DNA of 63,974 nucleotides, filler included, from Porpidia crustulata (lineage: Eukaryota), in assembly GCA_964255105.1 (NCBI GenBank). It is 7 parts of 7 records of this genome, joined end to end, with 100 filler letters (N's around TTAATTAATTAA, not from the genome) between each part and the next. Parts side by side here need not be neighbours in the genome. Positions count along the whole stretch, not along the records: positions 1 to 9,074 come from CAXUWE010001000.1; positions 9,175 to 18,243 come from CAXUWE010001001.1; 5 more parts are not named here. One strand, written 5' to 3'. The notes beneath the pieces were generated by a model. The model did no database searches, was not told the origin of the DNA, and saw only the letters and a list, made by a program, of their open reading frames with translations. Positions 1 to 11,685 of the stretch are shown in pieces. The first letter of the stretch is position 1. Each line of letters begins with the position of its first letter. The position numbers and the translations under genes are program-made.

Positions 1-959
1 ACTTCCTCCCACTCTCAAACTCGAACCCTCAACCCTCCCCCCCTTCTCATTATCATCCTCACTTCCAACAAACAATTCGCTGATAAAATACGGACAAGCG
101 TGATCAAGGATGATGGGATGGTTTGTGTGGGATGTGTGGTTTGAGGATGACGTGGTAGATGGTGTTTTTTTGGGGGGGGGTTGGTTGTGTGTAGTCGAAG
201 GCTGACGTTGGGAAGAAGGAGGAATTACCCGTAATCTATATTTTATTTCCATCATACTTGACGGCTGGGCTTCGAGTCAATGCGGAGGAAACGCTGGAGA
301 CAAATGGCTCTAGGATGATTAGTATTGTTTATCATTCTCCGAATTATATGAAAGCAGAACCAGGATCGAAAACGTAAACTTGCAACCAAAGAAGACCGCC
401 AAAAGCTTTTTCAATCGGCAGCATGATCGACTGTTCTGGCGTAGATATGTTACGGTCGGAGTTCATTGGGATCTTACCACCATTGCTTCTGCTGAAAAAA
501 TGACCACGAGGGGAAACTTGAAAATTGTGGGTCAGAAGTATTTGTGAGCGTCGAGATATTTGGATGGGAGAATGTGGTTGTTCACTGTTATAGCTTGATA
601 AGGTTGCTATTCTAGCCGATCGAGCCATCAAAGATGGCTTTACTCCATTGCCTCATGGCGTCAGGCTCGTGCGGGTTCGCGGGTCTAAATCTTGCGTGAA
701 GAAAGTCTGGATAGCTCTTCCGAACTGAAACGGAAGTATATCAGAGATGCCGATTAGATTGAGCCTGGTCTCAGCGACGGAGTCCGAGCTTGTCGAGGAA
801 AAGACCGCCATCCTGGCTCATTGGAAACTTGTGAGAGATTCTGGAACGAGTTCTAGTAAGAGTTCCGTGGATCTTGAGATACCGGTGCCTCAAACCATCA
901 ATCTTACTCACCTTCATTCAGTATCTCGTCAGGAATGACAGAGTATTCTGACGCAATCT

Positions 960-2264
960 TCAAGTGCGGTCTGCCTCGTGTAACTCAAACCCAAAATTCC
1001 ATATTTTCTCCGCGACCGATCTGTTGTGTTTCGAGTGCGCCCCTGTGTCGTCTCCCTTGGAGCTGTGGGCTCCAACATGCTGGAGTAGACTGGGAACGAC
1101 TGCCCATCGAATGAGGTCTTCTTCATCGGCCCATGCTTCCAAGAGCACGTCCACGTACCCTTCTTTCTGTGATTTCAGTCTCTGGCTTATTCTTGGAGCC
1201 ATTTCTCGCGAAAAGACAAGGCCTTGGGCGCAGCATCCGAAATTGGGCATTTGGTGAACACCGGGGATCAGGGATTTCATCGAATCTCTCCCTGCTAAGA
1301 AGTACAACATGATACAGCTGGGGGTATATATTAGGCATACAACAGCAATCACCTGATTGTTGATCAATTTATGGAGTCCAAATGTCCTTATACCGAGTAA
1401 CGAGACTGCAAGAGCCAAGATTATAGTTACAAATACCAGTACGTAATAAGGCAACTCCTCAACATTCCACCCAAAGAACTCTTCCGTGTAGAACAAACGT
1501 AGGTAAAGCCAGTCCGAGGTTTTGCCCCAATGATGCTGGGCACTTACCATCTCGAGAGCGTCCATTGCCTTCGGATACCACCCAGCCATTGCAAGTGTGT
1601 CGTCCTCTATCATAGCAATCCAAGGTGCACTGCTAGCATGACAGCTATCGAGAAGATAGGCGTAGTCGAAAACCGCCTTCTTCTGATAAGCTTTCTCCTT
1701 CTCCCATATCTGCAATTCACTGAATTGCTCTTCACTAACGTTATACAACACTATTTTGTCTGCAGCTACTTCGAGCCAATTTTCGCGGTAGATGGGATGG
1801 TCCCAGGGGTTAGTGTGCGCAATCAAAACAAAGAGTTGTAGCTCTTTGCGCTGATACTCTGAGAGACCCTCTAAAAGAGACCCTATAGCACTTCGGACAT
1901 ATTGTTGACCGGATCTCCCAATTGTGGCTATGCCAATGCAAAGTTTGGGGGGTTGAGTCCGACGAACAGTTGGCGAAGCTTTGATGTTTTGTATGAACCT
2001 TTCGGCTTCTTCCTGACGAACAATCGAGTAAATTCGATCATAACCATGCTCAGGATCAAAGAAAACCGAAGTAGGATCTCGATAGTAAGCGTAGCTGCAA
2101 TAACGAACCAAGGCCAGGTAAAGTAAGATGAAGCTTATGAAAACCCAGCCACTACTCGAACAAACCACTGCGTTGGCGATATCTACGGCCTTGTTCCTTA
2201 ACCATCTGGAAATTTTGGGAGTTGAGAAGGCTACATGCTTTGGGAAGATATTGCTGAGCTTCAT
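960..2264 (-). CDS. Membrane-anchored GT-A-fold glycosyltransferase-like protein (PGAP4/TMEM246-like topology)
   Basis: 434-aa single-exon ORF with an N-terminal TM, LCIGIAT strand, AMIEDD (DxD-like) motif, WLYLRLF, two internal TM helices, CCAQGLVF and C-terminal PSLLQHVG. Confidence 0.7.
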   Translation of the reverse strand: MKLSNIFPKHVAFSTPKISRWLRNKAVDIANAVVCSSSGWVFISFILLYLALVRYCSYAYYRDPTSVFFDPEHGYDRIYSIVRQEEAERFIQNIKASPTVRRTQPPKLCIGIATIGRSGQQYVRSAIGSLLEGLSEYQRKELQLFVLIAHTNPWDHPIYRENWLEVAADKIVLYNVSEEQFSELQIWEKEKAYQKKAVFDYAYLLDSCHASSAPWIAMIEDDTLAMAGWYPKAMDALEMVSAQHHWGKTSDWLYLRLFYTEEFFGWNVEELPYYVLVFVTIILALAVSLLGIRTFGLHKLINNQVIAVVCLIYTPSCIMLYFLAGRDSMKSLIPGVHQMPNFGCCAQGLVFSREMAPRISQRLKSQKEGYVDVLLEAWADEEDLIRWAVVPSLLQHVGAHSSKGDDTGAHSKHNRSVAEKIWNFGFELHEADRT

Positions 2265-2806
2265 AGAGAAAATCTAAGTTGTGCGTTGGGACAAGAATTG
2301 CACGCATTGTAGTCTGATAAGTGGAGGAAGCAGATGCTTCGCTCCTGTATGAACACATATTGAATCTAGGGTCGCGCCTGTAGTATTCGATCAAGGTAGA
2401 GAGTGAAGCGAGGACACTGCCAATTGAGTGTGAATGTATCAAGTTTCCGATTGGCGTAATCGGGGATGGCCCGGCCCGCTTACGTTACTCTAGAGTAGTG
2501 TATATACTAAGACCATTTATTACAAGTACGATATAATCATAGTGTGGATACGTAAGATACTCAAGCATGAAACAATACACAATTCTATGTCCCTTTTCGC
2601 CAGAAAAAGAATGCGAGTTGGAGTTTGCAAGTTCAGGCATCTGCCTAGATTTAGTATACCTCATGTAATTCCGTCTAAACTCTTTATCTATGTAATTGCA
2701 TGAAGCTCTCTTTCTAGCTCGGAACAGAAACATATTTCAAATCAGCAGCAGAACGCTTTAGTAACTTTTCCCTCATCGGCTCCTTGTGTATTCTTTGGTG
2801 AACCAT

Positions 2807-3614
2807 CTATTGTACCATCTTCTCAATCTCAGCCATACACTTGGGAAAGTCTTTCCAGTGGTCCATCATGACCTTGACTCCAGCCTCTTTCAAGACCGCA
2901 GCCATTTCCTTTTGTTTGACAGCACCTTCGTAACTTCCGACGTAGCCAATGGTAGGAATTCCAGCCCTCACCGCACTCAAAGTTCCGCTCCTGCTGTCTT
3001 CGACGGCAACACATTCTTCTGGCTTCTTACCAATGACCTTACATGCATGGATGTAGATTGCCGGGTCTGGTTTTGTGGTAGGCACGGGTAAGCTGCTGGC
3101 TGCGCTGAAGATATGGTCTAGAGGGAAGTATTTGTCTTGTGCAACCTTGACAACCGAAGCCTTCACACGCCTAAGGGCACTCGAGGAGACGACTGCCATG
3201 CCATATTTCCCCTCCTTGTGAAGGCGTTCGAGCTGGTCGTTGACGCCTTCGCAAGGCTGAGCCTTGGCCTCCAACGTCTTGGTCACGGCGTCCAATTCTC
3301 GTCCCACATAGCTGTCAAGCTCTTCGCTCGGGAGTTCGAACCCGTACTTTTTCTGGAGAGAGACAACGACACCGCGGAAGTTCTGCCCGACAAATTCGTT
3401 CATGAGCTGGGGGCCGGTGTAGCGGTCTTTGATGCCCTTCGACTCGAGGAGCTCATTTGCAAGCTCAGCGCAAGCCTCGAACGCAAGTTCTTCGGAGAGG
3501 ACAAGCGTGTTGTCACAGTCAAAAAGTAGCTGGGTAATCTAATCATTAAATTAGTTGGCTCCTCCATGCCTTTCGACCATAGGGTACATTTAGCACAATG
3601 CTCACTTTTGTCAT
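2807..3614 (-). CDS. HAD-superfamily hydrolase/phosphatase (subfamily IA, CbbY-like)
   Basis: Exon 1 MTK (3614-3606), GTGAG..TAG intron 3605-3539, exon 2 ITQLLFDCDNTLV (HAD motif I DxD), VVSSS, KPDPAIY, VAVEDSRSG. Confidence 0.9.
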
Positions 3615-4783
3615 GTTGACCAGGTCTGATAATTTCGGCTGATTCCCTAGAAATAGGAAGTTTCTTTGCTCCTGTGAGCTACTTGTGATGTCAGTTTCTG
3701 GTGGAATAGGCTTTTCAACTGGCACTTACGGGGGTTCAATCGAGTGGCCTACAAGCTTAGCAAAGAAGAATGATGGGTGCTCGCAGAAGATAATTGGGAC
3801 ACACGATAACTTACAAGTTCTTAATGCAGAGAAAGGAGAATAAGCGGTGAAGTCGGAGCTCAAATAGAATATTTGTTGAGCGCTCGCTTCACCATACGAT
3901 TGACTTTATCTGGTCTACCCCGCCGGGGGTGCACGGGGGTATCTCAGAACAGGGATTGGCGGGCAATTAGGGCTTTATTAAGATAGACCTAGTCTTACTA
4001 CTATGGGACAGTTCCATTTCCTCTTTCGATCTATGAGTGTACAGTCCACATAGCACATGGTTTGCTTCAAGAAAAACTGCATACAAATTGATCTCGGAGC
4101 ACCTTTGGCTGTATTCAATCGCCAATAACTTCATCAATATGACTCGAAATGGACATAATGGATCCCTAGTCTTGCATAAATATCATGCCTCCGTGACAAA
4201 ACGCACTGTGACATATGCAGGTTCCACTGCCATCCTTGTTCAGGTACCCGAACGGTGCCCCCAGTGCGAAAAGACAAACCAGTCAACCACACAGCATAGT
4301 GCTTCTCTCAACGAGGCTTGCAGACAGTAACCTAGTGGAAATATCACGATCATCGCCCAATGTGTTCGACAATCACAACAACAGGAATGCCACCCGAAAA
4401 ATGGACTAGAGAAACCTTGAGGACCTTCAGTGGTTTGGGCCTACAGCCGCACTTGCATGGGCCCTACTATTCGACGAGTTGTCCGCCATGGATGAGATTA
4501 GACTTCTCGATGTCCTCAATCCCTCGCAGGCTCCGCTTTTCTATCAGCATTAATACAGTTCCCTCAAGCAAATAATAAGAAAGGCTTTCAGATCTCTCTA
4601 GTGACATGGCTACACTTACGTCCGCACACGAGGTCATCCAACACAACTTGATTGGTCCTTTATGATCTTCAAATTTGCTAAAAAAAATAATCATGGCTCG
4701 CCATTACTAGAATGATGAATAAATGGCACGCCAAAGTTCTTCCACTTTTTGCAAATCGACGTCCTCATATAATTCGTAATACC

Positions 4784-5728
4784 CTAGCGAAATTTATACC
4801 TGCCACTTCGCCAATCACGGTCTGATATAGCATTTATACCCAAGAACCTCTCAGCTTGCTCATCGACAGCATTTATGATTTTGCAGAAACCCTTGCCATG
4901 TGATCCACGAGGATGGCTACCCGAAGCAACGATATGATATGCGTGCTACCACAATTATCAGCGGAGTCGAAGAACAAAGATGCAGTCCCAAGAGTTCTTT
5001 GAGATGTTGGACACTTACACACATCTCGTGTAGGATCGTTGCCCACATCTGTTCAAATACATCTCCCAATATTCCTGTTGCATCAACCAGTAATATGGCC
5101 TCTGAATTAAGTGTGATCGAGGCCATGCCGGTCGTTTTCTTCTGGGTCCAGCCATACGTTATATGCCTTTCGTGTTCCTTTTTCTGCTTTGCGAAATGTG
5201 CGCAACCGCGTTCACCCCTCCACTTTGAAGATTTAAAGGTCAGTATCATCTTACCAGAATATGGCTATAAGATGAAGAAATATAAAGCGTAATGGTCTTT
5301 CTAAGAATGCTAACATGGAACCAAGATTCGTTCTGTGGACTCACCCGGACTGTACATCTGTTGCTCAATACACCGCCAAAGAAAACGGTATCTAAATCCC
5401 GAAATGCTTTGATGGCCACATCAGGTGCCTTGTTGTCTGTAGTGGCGGCCCACCGAAGACGCCGTATCGCACTACGAACTTCTCTACTAGGCGGCCTGTG
5501 AGGGTCCAGGAAGTCCAATAGCCAAGATACCGCTTTCCTTTGGCTCATGTATCTAGTATACCGGTCTCTTGGAGGTGGATTTCGATAGCTATCAAGATCT
5601 GATTGGAAACAAGGGTACGGCGTCCCACGGTCCACCCGGAGCCCACCCCAGCACAGTGCTTTCGTAAGTTCATAGAGCTCTGGACCAGGGCCAGTGAACG
5701 AGCCATGGACGTTTCCACGAATAGGCAT
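4784..5728 (-). CDS. SprT-like domain putative zinc metalloprotease
   Basis: Three exons. Splicing (GTGAGT..AAG; GTAAGT..TAG) gives FRDLDTVFFGGVL...VR|WRG...ATILHEMC|HAY...SHGKGF...YKFR*, an HExxH plus distal HG motif typical of the SprT family. Confidence 0.7.
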
Positions 5729-7319
5729 GTTGACCAGTAAGCTCGAAAACTATTATCTTGTGATATTGATGTTCCGACTCCTGAACCGTGGATTTAAGAA
5801 GGAAGCTGGACTGACAAGGAAATAGAGAAGGCGATAATGCTGGCGCATGCCCGCGTCAGCATTTCCAGAGTCAGCTCGCAGTGTCATGGATACTACGCAC
5901 GTATTCAAGGACTATTTGACTTCTGTGTCATGAAGTCAGCTTACCTTTGGAGCGGCGAAGAGCCATTCCCTGATCTCCCAGACTCATAGTGACTGCTGTG
6001 ACCTCACGTGAACGAAAGCATCTTCATCCAGCGCTTTCTGAGCTAATGTCATAAGCCATGCCGTTATTCATAGAGAAGTCTTATTACAACTTTTATACTT
6101 GGCCATGAATTGCTAATCTTCTTCTGTACTGAATAGCGGCAGCTAGATCGAGAAGCAGACAACAGCTCAAAGCCTGATTCAGTACCAAGTCTGCGGCTGC
6201 GGCTCGATAATCTAGCCATCACAACCCCTTATCTTCTGCTAATTCTGTCGGACAGTCAGACGCTTGTCTTCTATTCGTTGCCTGTGTTCTGTCATACCTT
6301 TGTCTTCACAGCCAACTGTACCCGGTAGTGACGCAGATCAGACTTCCTGATTTGCGACGCAGGCCCGTCATGGCAATTCAAAGACCAATCTGGTGATCTG
6401 TTGACATTCACGCTTTGGAATTCAGTCGTCGATTTATCGGTGCTTGATGGACGCCAGAATATTCATCCAGCAAGACAGTAGATACCAATGTGGCCATGTA
6501 GACCACTCGCTGTAGCGTGCTCTAGTTTATCCATTGCTGCAGGTGCATTCATCAAACAATCCGCAATTTCTTTGATCCGCGGCGAGTGGCCGTTCTGCAG
6601 CTATTAAGCATCATTAATTCTCAATCTCAAAAGAAAGGCGCGTATGGAAGATCTTTAAGAGGGTTTCTTGAAGATATGGTAAATACTAGCTTTCCACAGG
6701 ACAACAATATTTTGCTAGATCATATGTTCACGTAAGGTAAAGCAAAGCTGAGTCAGAAATATCGAGGAACAGCAGACTTGCAAACCTTACCCCACTGTGG
6801 AGATGGCCTTGACTGTCAAGGACAAAATATGACGAATGGATAGAATTCACCGCAGGATGATTGATGTCAGAAACAAGGAGATATGGAGCTGGAAATGCTG
6901 GAAATGATAAAAAAACTAATCTCAGCTTAGGTTTTTGACGTCGTTAGCTTGAAGGAACGATACGCAGTGAACTGATTTCTAATGATAGGAAGCGAAATTG
7001 GTTGGAAAAAGTTTGTTAATGATGGACGGCTGAAGAACTGAACGCAAGATGTCAGCTGTTGACCGTTGTTATGTAAGGAGATCAATGGCGTAAGGATGTT
7101 TCTGATTAGTTGAGAATTCTTTGGCTCCGTTGCAATACCAGCTTGCAACTGCGTTTGGCTGCCAGTGTGTCGTTGAGTATTTAAATCATAATAGGTTCGA
7201 TTCCTATTGGCGCCGGTACAATGGTGTTGTGGTTTTAGTTTTTCTGCCAGGTTCTCCGCAAAGTCTATACGGTATAATATCGTACAGATTCTACACCTGT
7301 GTCTCGCCTCTAGGCTACG

Positions 7320-8321
7320 TCACAGCTTCTCAAGACCATCAAGTTCATTCTCCGTCCACGTCCACAGCTTATCCGCCAATCCCTCATCGTCGCAGATCCC
7401 CGCCATACCTGAATAGCTCGTCGGCTTACCGGGCGTCTTCCCAGCCGGCTCATAATAACCTCCGCTCTTCAAATTACCCTTTGGAGTTGTCGCGCCCCAC
7501 AAGGTATTGTACGCCCCCTTTTCTGCACTCTGATACAGCGGCGTATAACGCAATAGCCCCAGCAAAAGAGACAAGAATGAACCCTCAACCTTTCCTCCTA
7601 GCTCAGTCTTCACAAGACCTGGATGCACAGACACGCTAGTGATCTGAGGGTAGCGCTTAGCCATGCCCTTGACAAGGAGGATATCGGCGGGCTTACTCTG
7701 CCCATATCGCTGCCATTTCGTGCCTGCATCTGCCATCCTGAGCTTGTCGAACTGGATTCCACCAGGGGGATGCATTTTTTAGCCGAACGAGCTCAGCACG
7801 ACCAACCGCACATCACCTCCAACGGACATGTCAGCTGTGCGGAGCATCACCGGCCGCAAGAGGCGCAGCATGACGGCGTGACCGATGTAATTGGTTCCGA
7901 ACTGGACCTCGAAGCCCTCCGCGGTGAGACCGGGAGGGATCGCCATGACACCCGCGTTAGCGATGAAACAGTCAAGGCGGGAGGAGCTGAAGTTGTCTAG
8001 AATGGCGCGGCGAATGCTCTCGTACGAGGAGGAAAGATCACATTGGATGAAGGTGATTGGGCATGCGGGAGCGTGGCCTTTTGCTTCGGTGATAACGCTG
8101 GAGCCGGCTTGCGCGTTGCGGCCGGTGAAGTAGATGTGGGAAGGGTTGTGCGAGGCGAAAGCGAGGACAGCGGCTTTACCGATGCCTGAGGTGCCTGGGA
8201 GGAAAGGGGGGAAAAGTTAGTGAATGTGATGGTGCAAGGTGGATGGGATCGACGAACCGCCGGTGATGAAGATGACTTTGCCTGACAGGTCAGGAATATC
8301 TCTCACAGGGTTGAAAGACAT
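7320..8321 (-). pseudogene. Short-chain dehydrogenase/reductase (retinol-dehydrogenase-like) with an in-frame TAA
   Basis: MSFNPVRDIPDLSGKVIFITG|GTSGIG (one intron), NAGVM, FGTNYIGH, YGQSK, VHPGLVKT. TAA at 7781-7779 (SSFG*KMHP) with the frame preserved. Confidence 0.75.
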
Positions 8322-9074
8322 TGTTGGTATTGACGTTTGTGTTGGTCAATCAATGGTTCTGTGCGATATCTTGGATTTTGGTGCAGTCTCGTCGAAATCG
8401 CTGCCACGATGAAAAGAAAAGAAGACAGAGGAGATAAACCGGATATAAAGATAAATCCGGGATCATATGCTTTGTCATGTTCACTGAGCTACTGGAATTA
8501 AAAGCAGAGAAAAAATTTGATGACAGAAAAGTATGAAGCTGTAGGGCACAGGTATTGAAGTCTAGAGTAGCCATCGGGGTAATTTCTACCCTTCGTCTGA
8601 CAAACGAAGGTGTAGATACCTCAGCGGGTCTAAAATGTAAATCTATTTCTGAAAAATCGAAAACGGAATTGCAACTCGAATTACACGCAATTCCAATTTG
8701 ATGATAAAACGATTTGCTTCGTCTTCGCTCTCGTGGAAATCGCTATCAACGACCAGCAAAATGATGCTCTTTATTTAGCTTTGTCGTCTGGCGCTCCGAA
8801 TTCCGAAAGGCCACCAGGATCATCCGGCGCTTGACTCAATTCGATGTTAAAAAACGATCGAGTTTTGACCTATCGAAAAGCTCGAGAAATTACGGTAATT
8901 TCATTTTAGATAGCGCTCAATCGCCTTCCATGCCTGAACCGCAAGATGATGCTGTATCAGCATTCGGATAAATGATGTTGAGTTGACGATGATTTAATAT
9001 CATACCGCACTCAGATCGGCTGGAAATAAGTTTCATGTAAGTTATGACACTCGGACCACCACCATCACAATCCC

Positions 9075-9174
9075 NNNNNNNNNNNNNNNNNNNNNNNNNN
9101 NNNNNNNNNNNNNNNNNNTTAATTAATTAANNNNNNNNNNNNNNNNNNNNNNNNNNNNNNNNNNNNNNNNNNNN
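9075..9174. other. Artificial contig-joining spacer N44-TTAATTAATTAA-N44
   Basis: Identical 100-bp block recurring six times. The 12-mer puts stops in all six frames. Confidence 0.98.
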
Positions 9175-9306
9175 GGATGGGGGAAGGGGAATACCTTTGG
9201 CGGTATAGGAAGTCTTGTTTTCACCCCAATAACCTAGGACTTTGTCTTCGACCCAGGGCATGTAGGAGTTGTAGTAGGAGTTGTATTGCTTCTTCGTCCA
9301 CTCCAT
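9175..9306 (-). CDS. 5' fragment of a small fungal hypothetical protein, truncated by the contig end
   Basis: ATG at 9306: MEWTKKQYNSYYNSYMPWVEDKVLGYWGENKTSYTAK, then a probable GTATTC donor and pyrimidine-rich intron running into the gap. Confidence 0.5.
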
Positions 9307-11685
9307 GATTGATATACGGGATCTGTCACTTAGGTGATAGGTCGTGTTGTTCGTTCGTTCGTGAAGTGAGATATAGTTGAAGAGAGGGAATTTATGAGAA
9401 ATGGAGGGAAGCAAGTTATGTGGAAGTGTTGAATGATTCAACGAGCATGACCAGCGCGACGTGACTACACTGTTGATTGGCGAGCGGTGCAAGCCACCAC
9501 GCTATGACGTCGCTTGGTGGTGCTGTCTGTGTGCGTCAGATGTGCAGGGATTAGATCTTGCTTCCGTGAGGCTGCTGTGGCTGCGTTCTGGACCGTAAGT
9601 GGCTGATACGTCGATGCCCTTCCAAACAATGATGGAAAATCCAAAAGACTAATCGGTGTGATCGCAGATTTCATCAAATCAGTTGAACTACATGAAGCTT
9701 TACCTTGGCTGATATGGTATGGCGATCCAACTACTTCCATCCCTTCGATAATACTCCCGGTGTATATACTCGTCCCCACCCCTCAATGGACAATCCCAAT
9801 CAACAAAATAGTTGATACAGGCCTAACCCGAGGCGCGATGATCCGTTGAGGGGTCTGGTACGTTGAGCGGTGGGAGCGAGTGAGTAGGTGAGGTGTCATC
9901 CGCCATTCTCATAAGTTATTATCTTGTGCTTGGGAGACGACGCCGAGCCTTTCTTGTTAGGACAGAAATCGAGCGGAGAAATGCGAAATGAACACAGTGC
10001 TCTTATAACAAAAGAGTCCGACTTCAATAATGCTTTATTTCGGTCAATCGCTATCATATAAATTGAATATTTTCTCAAATTAGACGTCGCAACGCTTTAC
10101 TTGTCTCCTTTCGATGCTGGAGCCTCCACTGATGAATATGCTGGAAGGTATAGAGAGTATCCAGAATTGGAGAGCTCGTAGAATTGTCGTCAACGTCCAT
10201 GCCTTCAACATCTGTCCATGCCTTTTGTCTGTACAAGTCTGTACCTTACTTTTACGCCAATTCATTGATCTACTTCTACATCCAATATAGAAGTTGACCT
10301 CCGTGCGTCCCTATCTCCTGTCCAAATGTCATCAAACGCTTTTGGAAAGCTTCTTCTTCTCCTTGCCCTCCGTGAGCTCGCTCGTTTTTATATAATGACT
10401 TGGATATAGATTTTAAATTCTTGACTCTTCTGATTCTCAATTAGAGGGCGAGGGCAGTAGCTATCACACTCCAAGAAAGTCTTGATAGCATGACTTAATT
10501 TATCGTTTATCGAGGTGCTTCGGCAGCCACAAAGATTCAGCGTTGCTGTGAGAGGAAGGCCATACTTAACCGCGCAGGATGCCGATGCTTTTTCCTAGCT
10601 TCGTCGAGTAATGGTGGCGGAGGAATTAAAGCAAAAGCCAAGAACTTTTATTTCCTGTCATGCCCTGCTTTCGTGGTGGAATCTCATCTTTCCAAATAAT
10701 TTAGCATACTAGCTCAAAGTGTTTTGACTGTTTTCGTTTCAAATATCACAATTTCTCCATGAGCGTAATAAGCGATACCCCATCCTCCATATCTGGTCCT
10801 TCAGTGGGTCAAATTTCTATGGAATTGGCATCTTAGTGCATAATTCAAGATTAGTGTATTACTCGCGTGGTGGGAGTTCGCGCTACCGAAGAAATGTACT
10901 CAGGCAAGTTCCAAACCCGTGGTATAGCCAGTCTTCCAGATGCTGTGCTTCGTGCATGACCTTCATACAGTGATATTGGAGATTTGCAGCATCAGTATTG
11001 GTTTCACTAGAGATATCATATTAATATGTTAAGCCTTGAGTAAGTTCCTTCATAAAAACTGCCATTCAACGTCAATTATGAAGACAAGGAATCGTCCCTG
11101 GCGTGACTATGAAAGTCTTCATCCTCGGGGGCCATGTCCGTTGATCCCCTGAAAGTTATAAATACATGATGCTGATCAATGTCATGCTTTCGTATATTGC
11201 TACTTACCATGATTAAGCTTGCTTTTAATTGCCCCAACACGGCTGTATTTTATACATGTCCAGTTGCACAACTAAGGTCGTCTTGCTTTGATATTTTGGT
11301 CGTACACAACAACAGTCGGTATTTCTGGTATATCCTTGGCCGCGCACGATTTCTCGAAGTGCTGAACCCAACGAACAGAGGATAGTAAAGAGATAGATAA
11401 GGTAAATCTTTATGACCCGAATCAGATTCAGATCTTCTTGCTTTATCCTGGGGCTCACTCAACAATGAGATCACCACAGAATGGATAGAATGCTGATATA
11501 AGGATCAACTACTGATGATGGATCACGACTGGAAAGTTTGATCCAGAAATCCACATTTGAGATTTTGTCCGATAACGAATTCCAGCTGACAGCCTATAAG
11601 GCAGTATCTGTATAACAGAGGCAAATAGATCATGTCCATTGCAAGCCCCATGTGATCAGTTGTAGCAGCAAACCTAGACAGCCAA

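Noticed and set aside
1..930. Coding-like minus-strand stretches (including ORF 344-631) broken by TGA stops
   Set aside because: No recognisable domain. It may be a decayed gene, but this cannot be supported.
4037..4700. Short overlapping + strand ORFs
   Set aside because: Multiple stops, no motif and no consistent splice model.
9119..9130. Regularly spaced palindrome TTAATTAATTAA as a biological repeat or CRISPR-like array
   Set aside because: It is always flanked by exactly 44 Ns on each side, so it is a synthetic linker.
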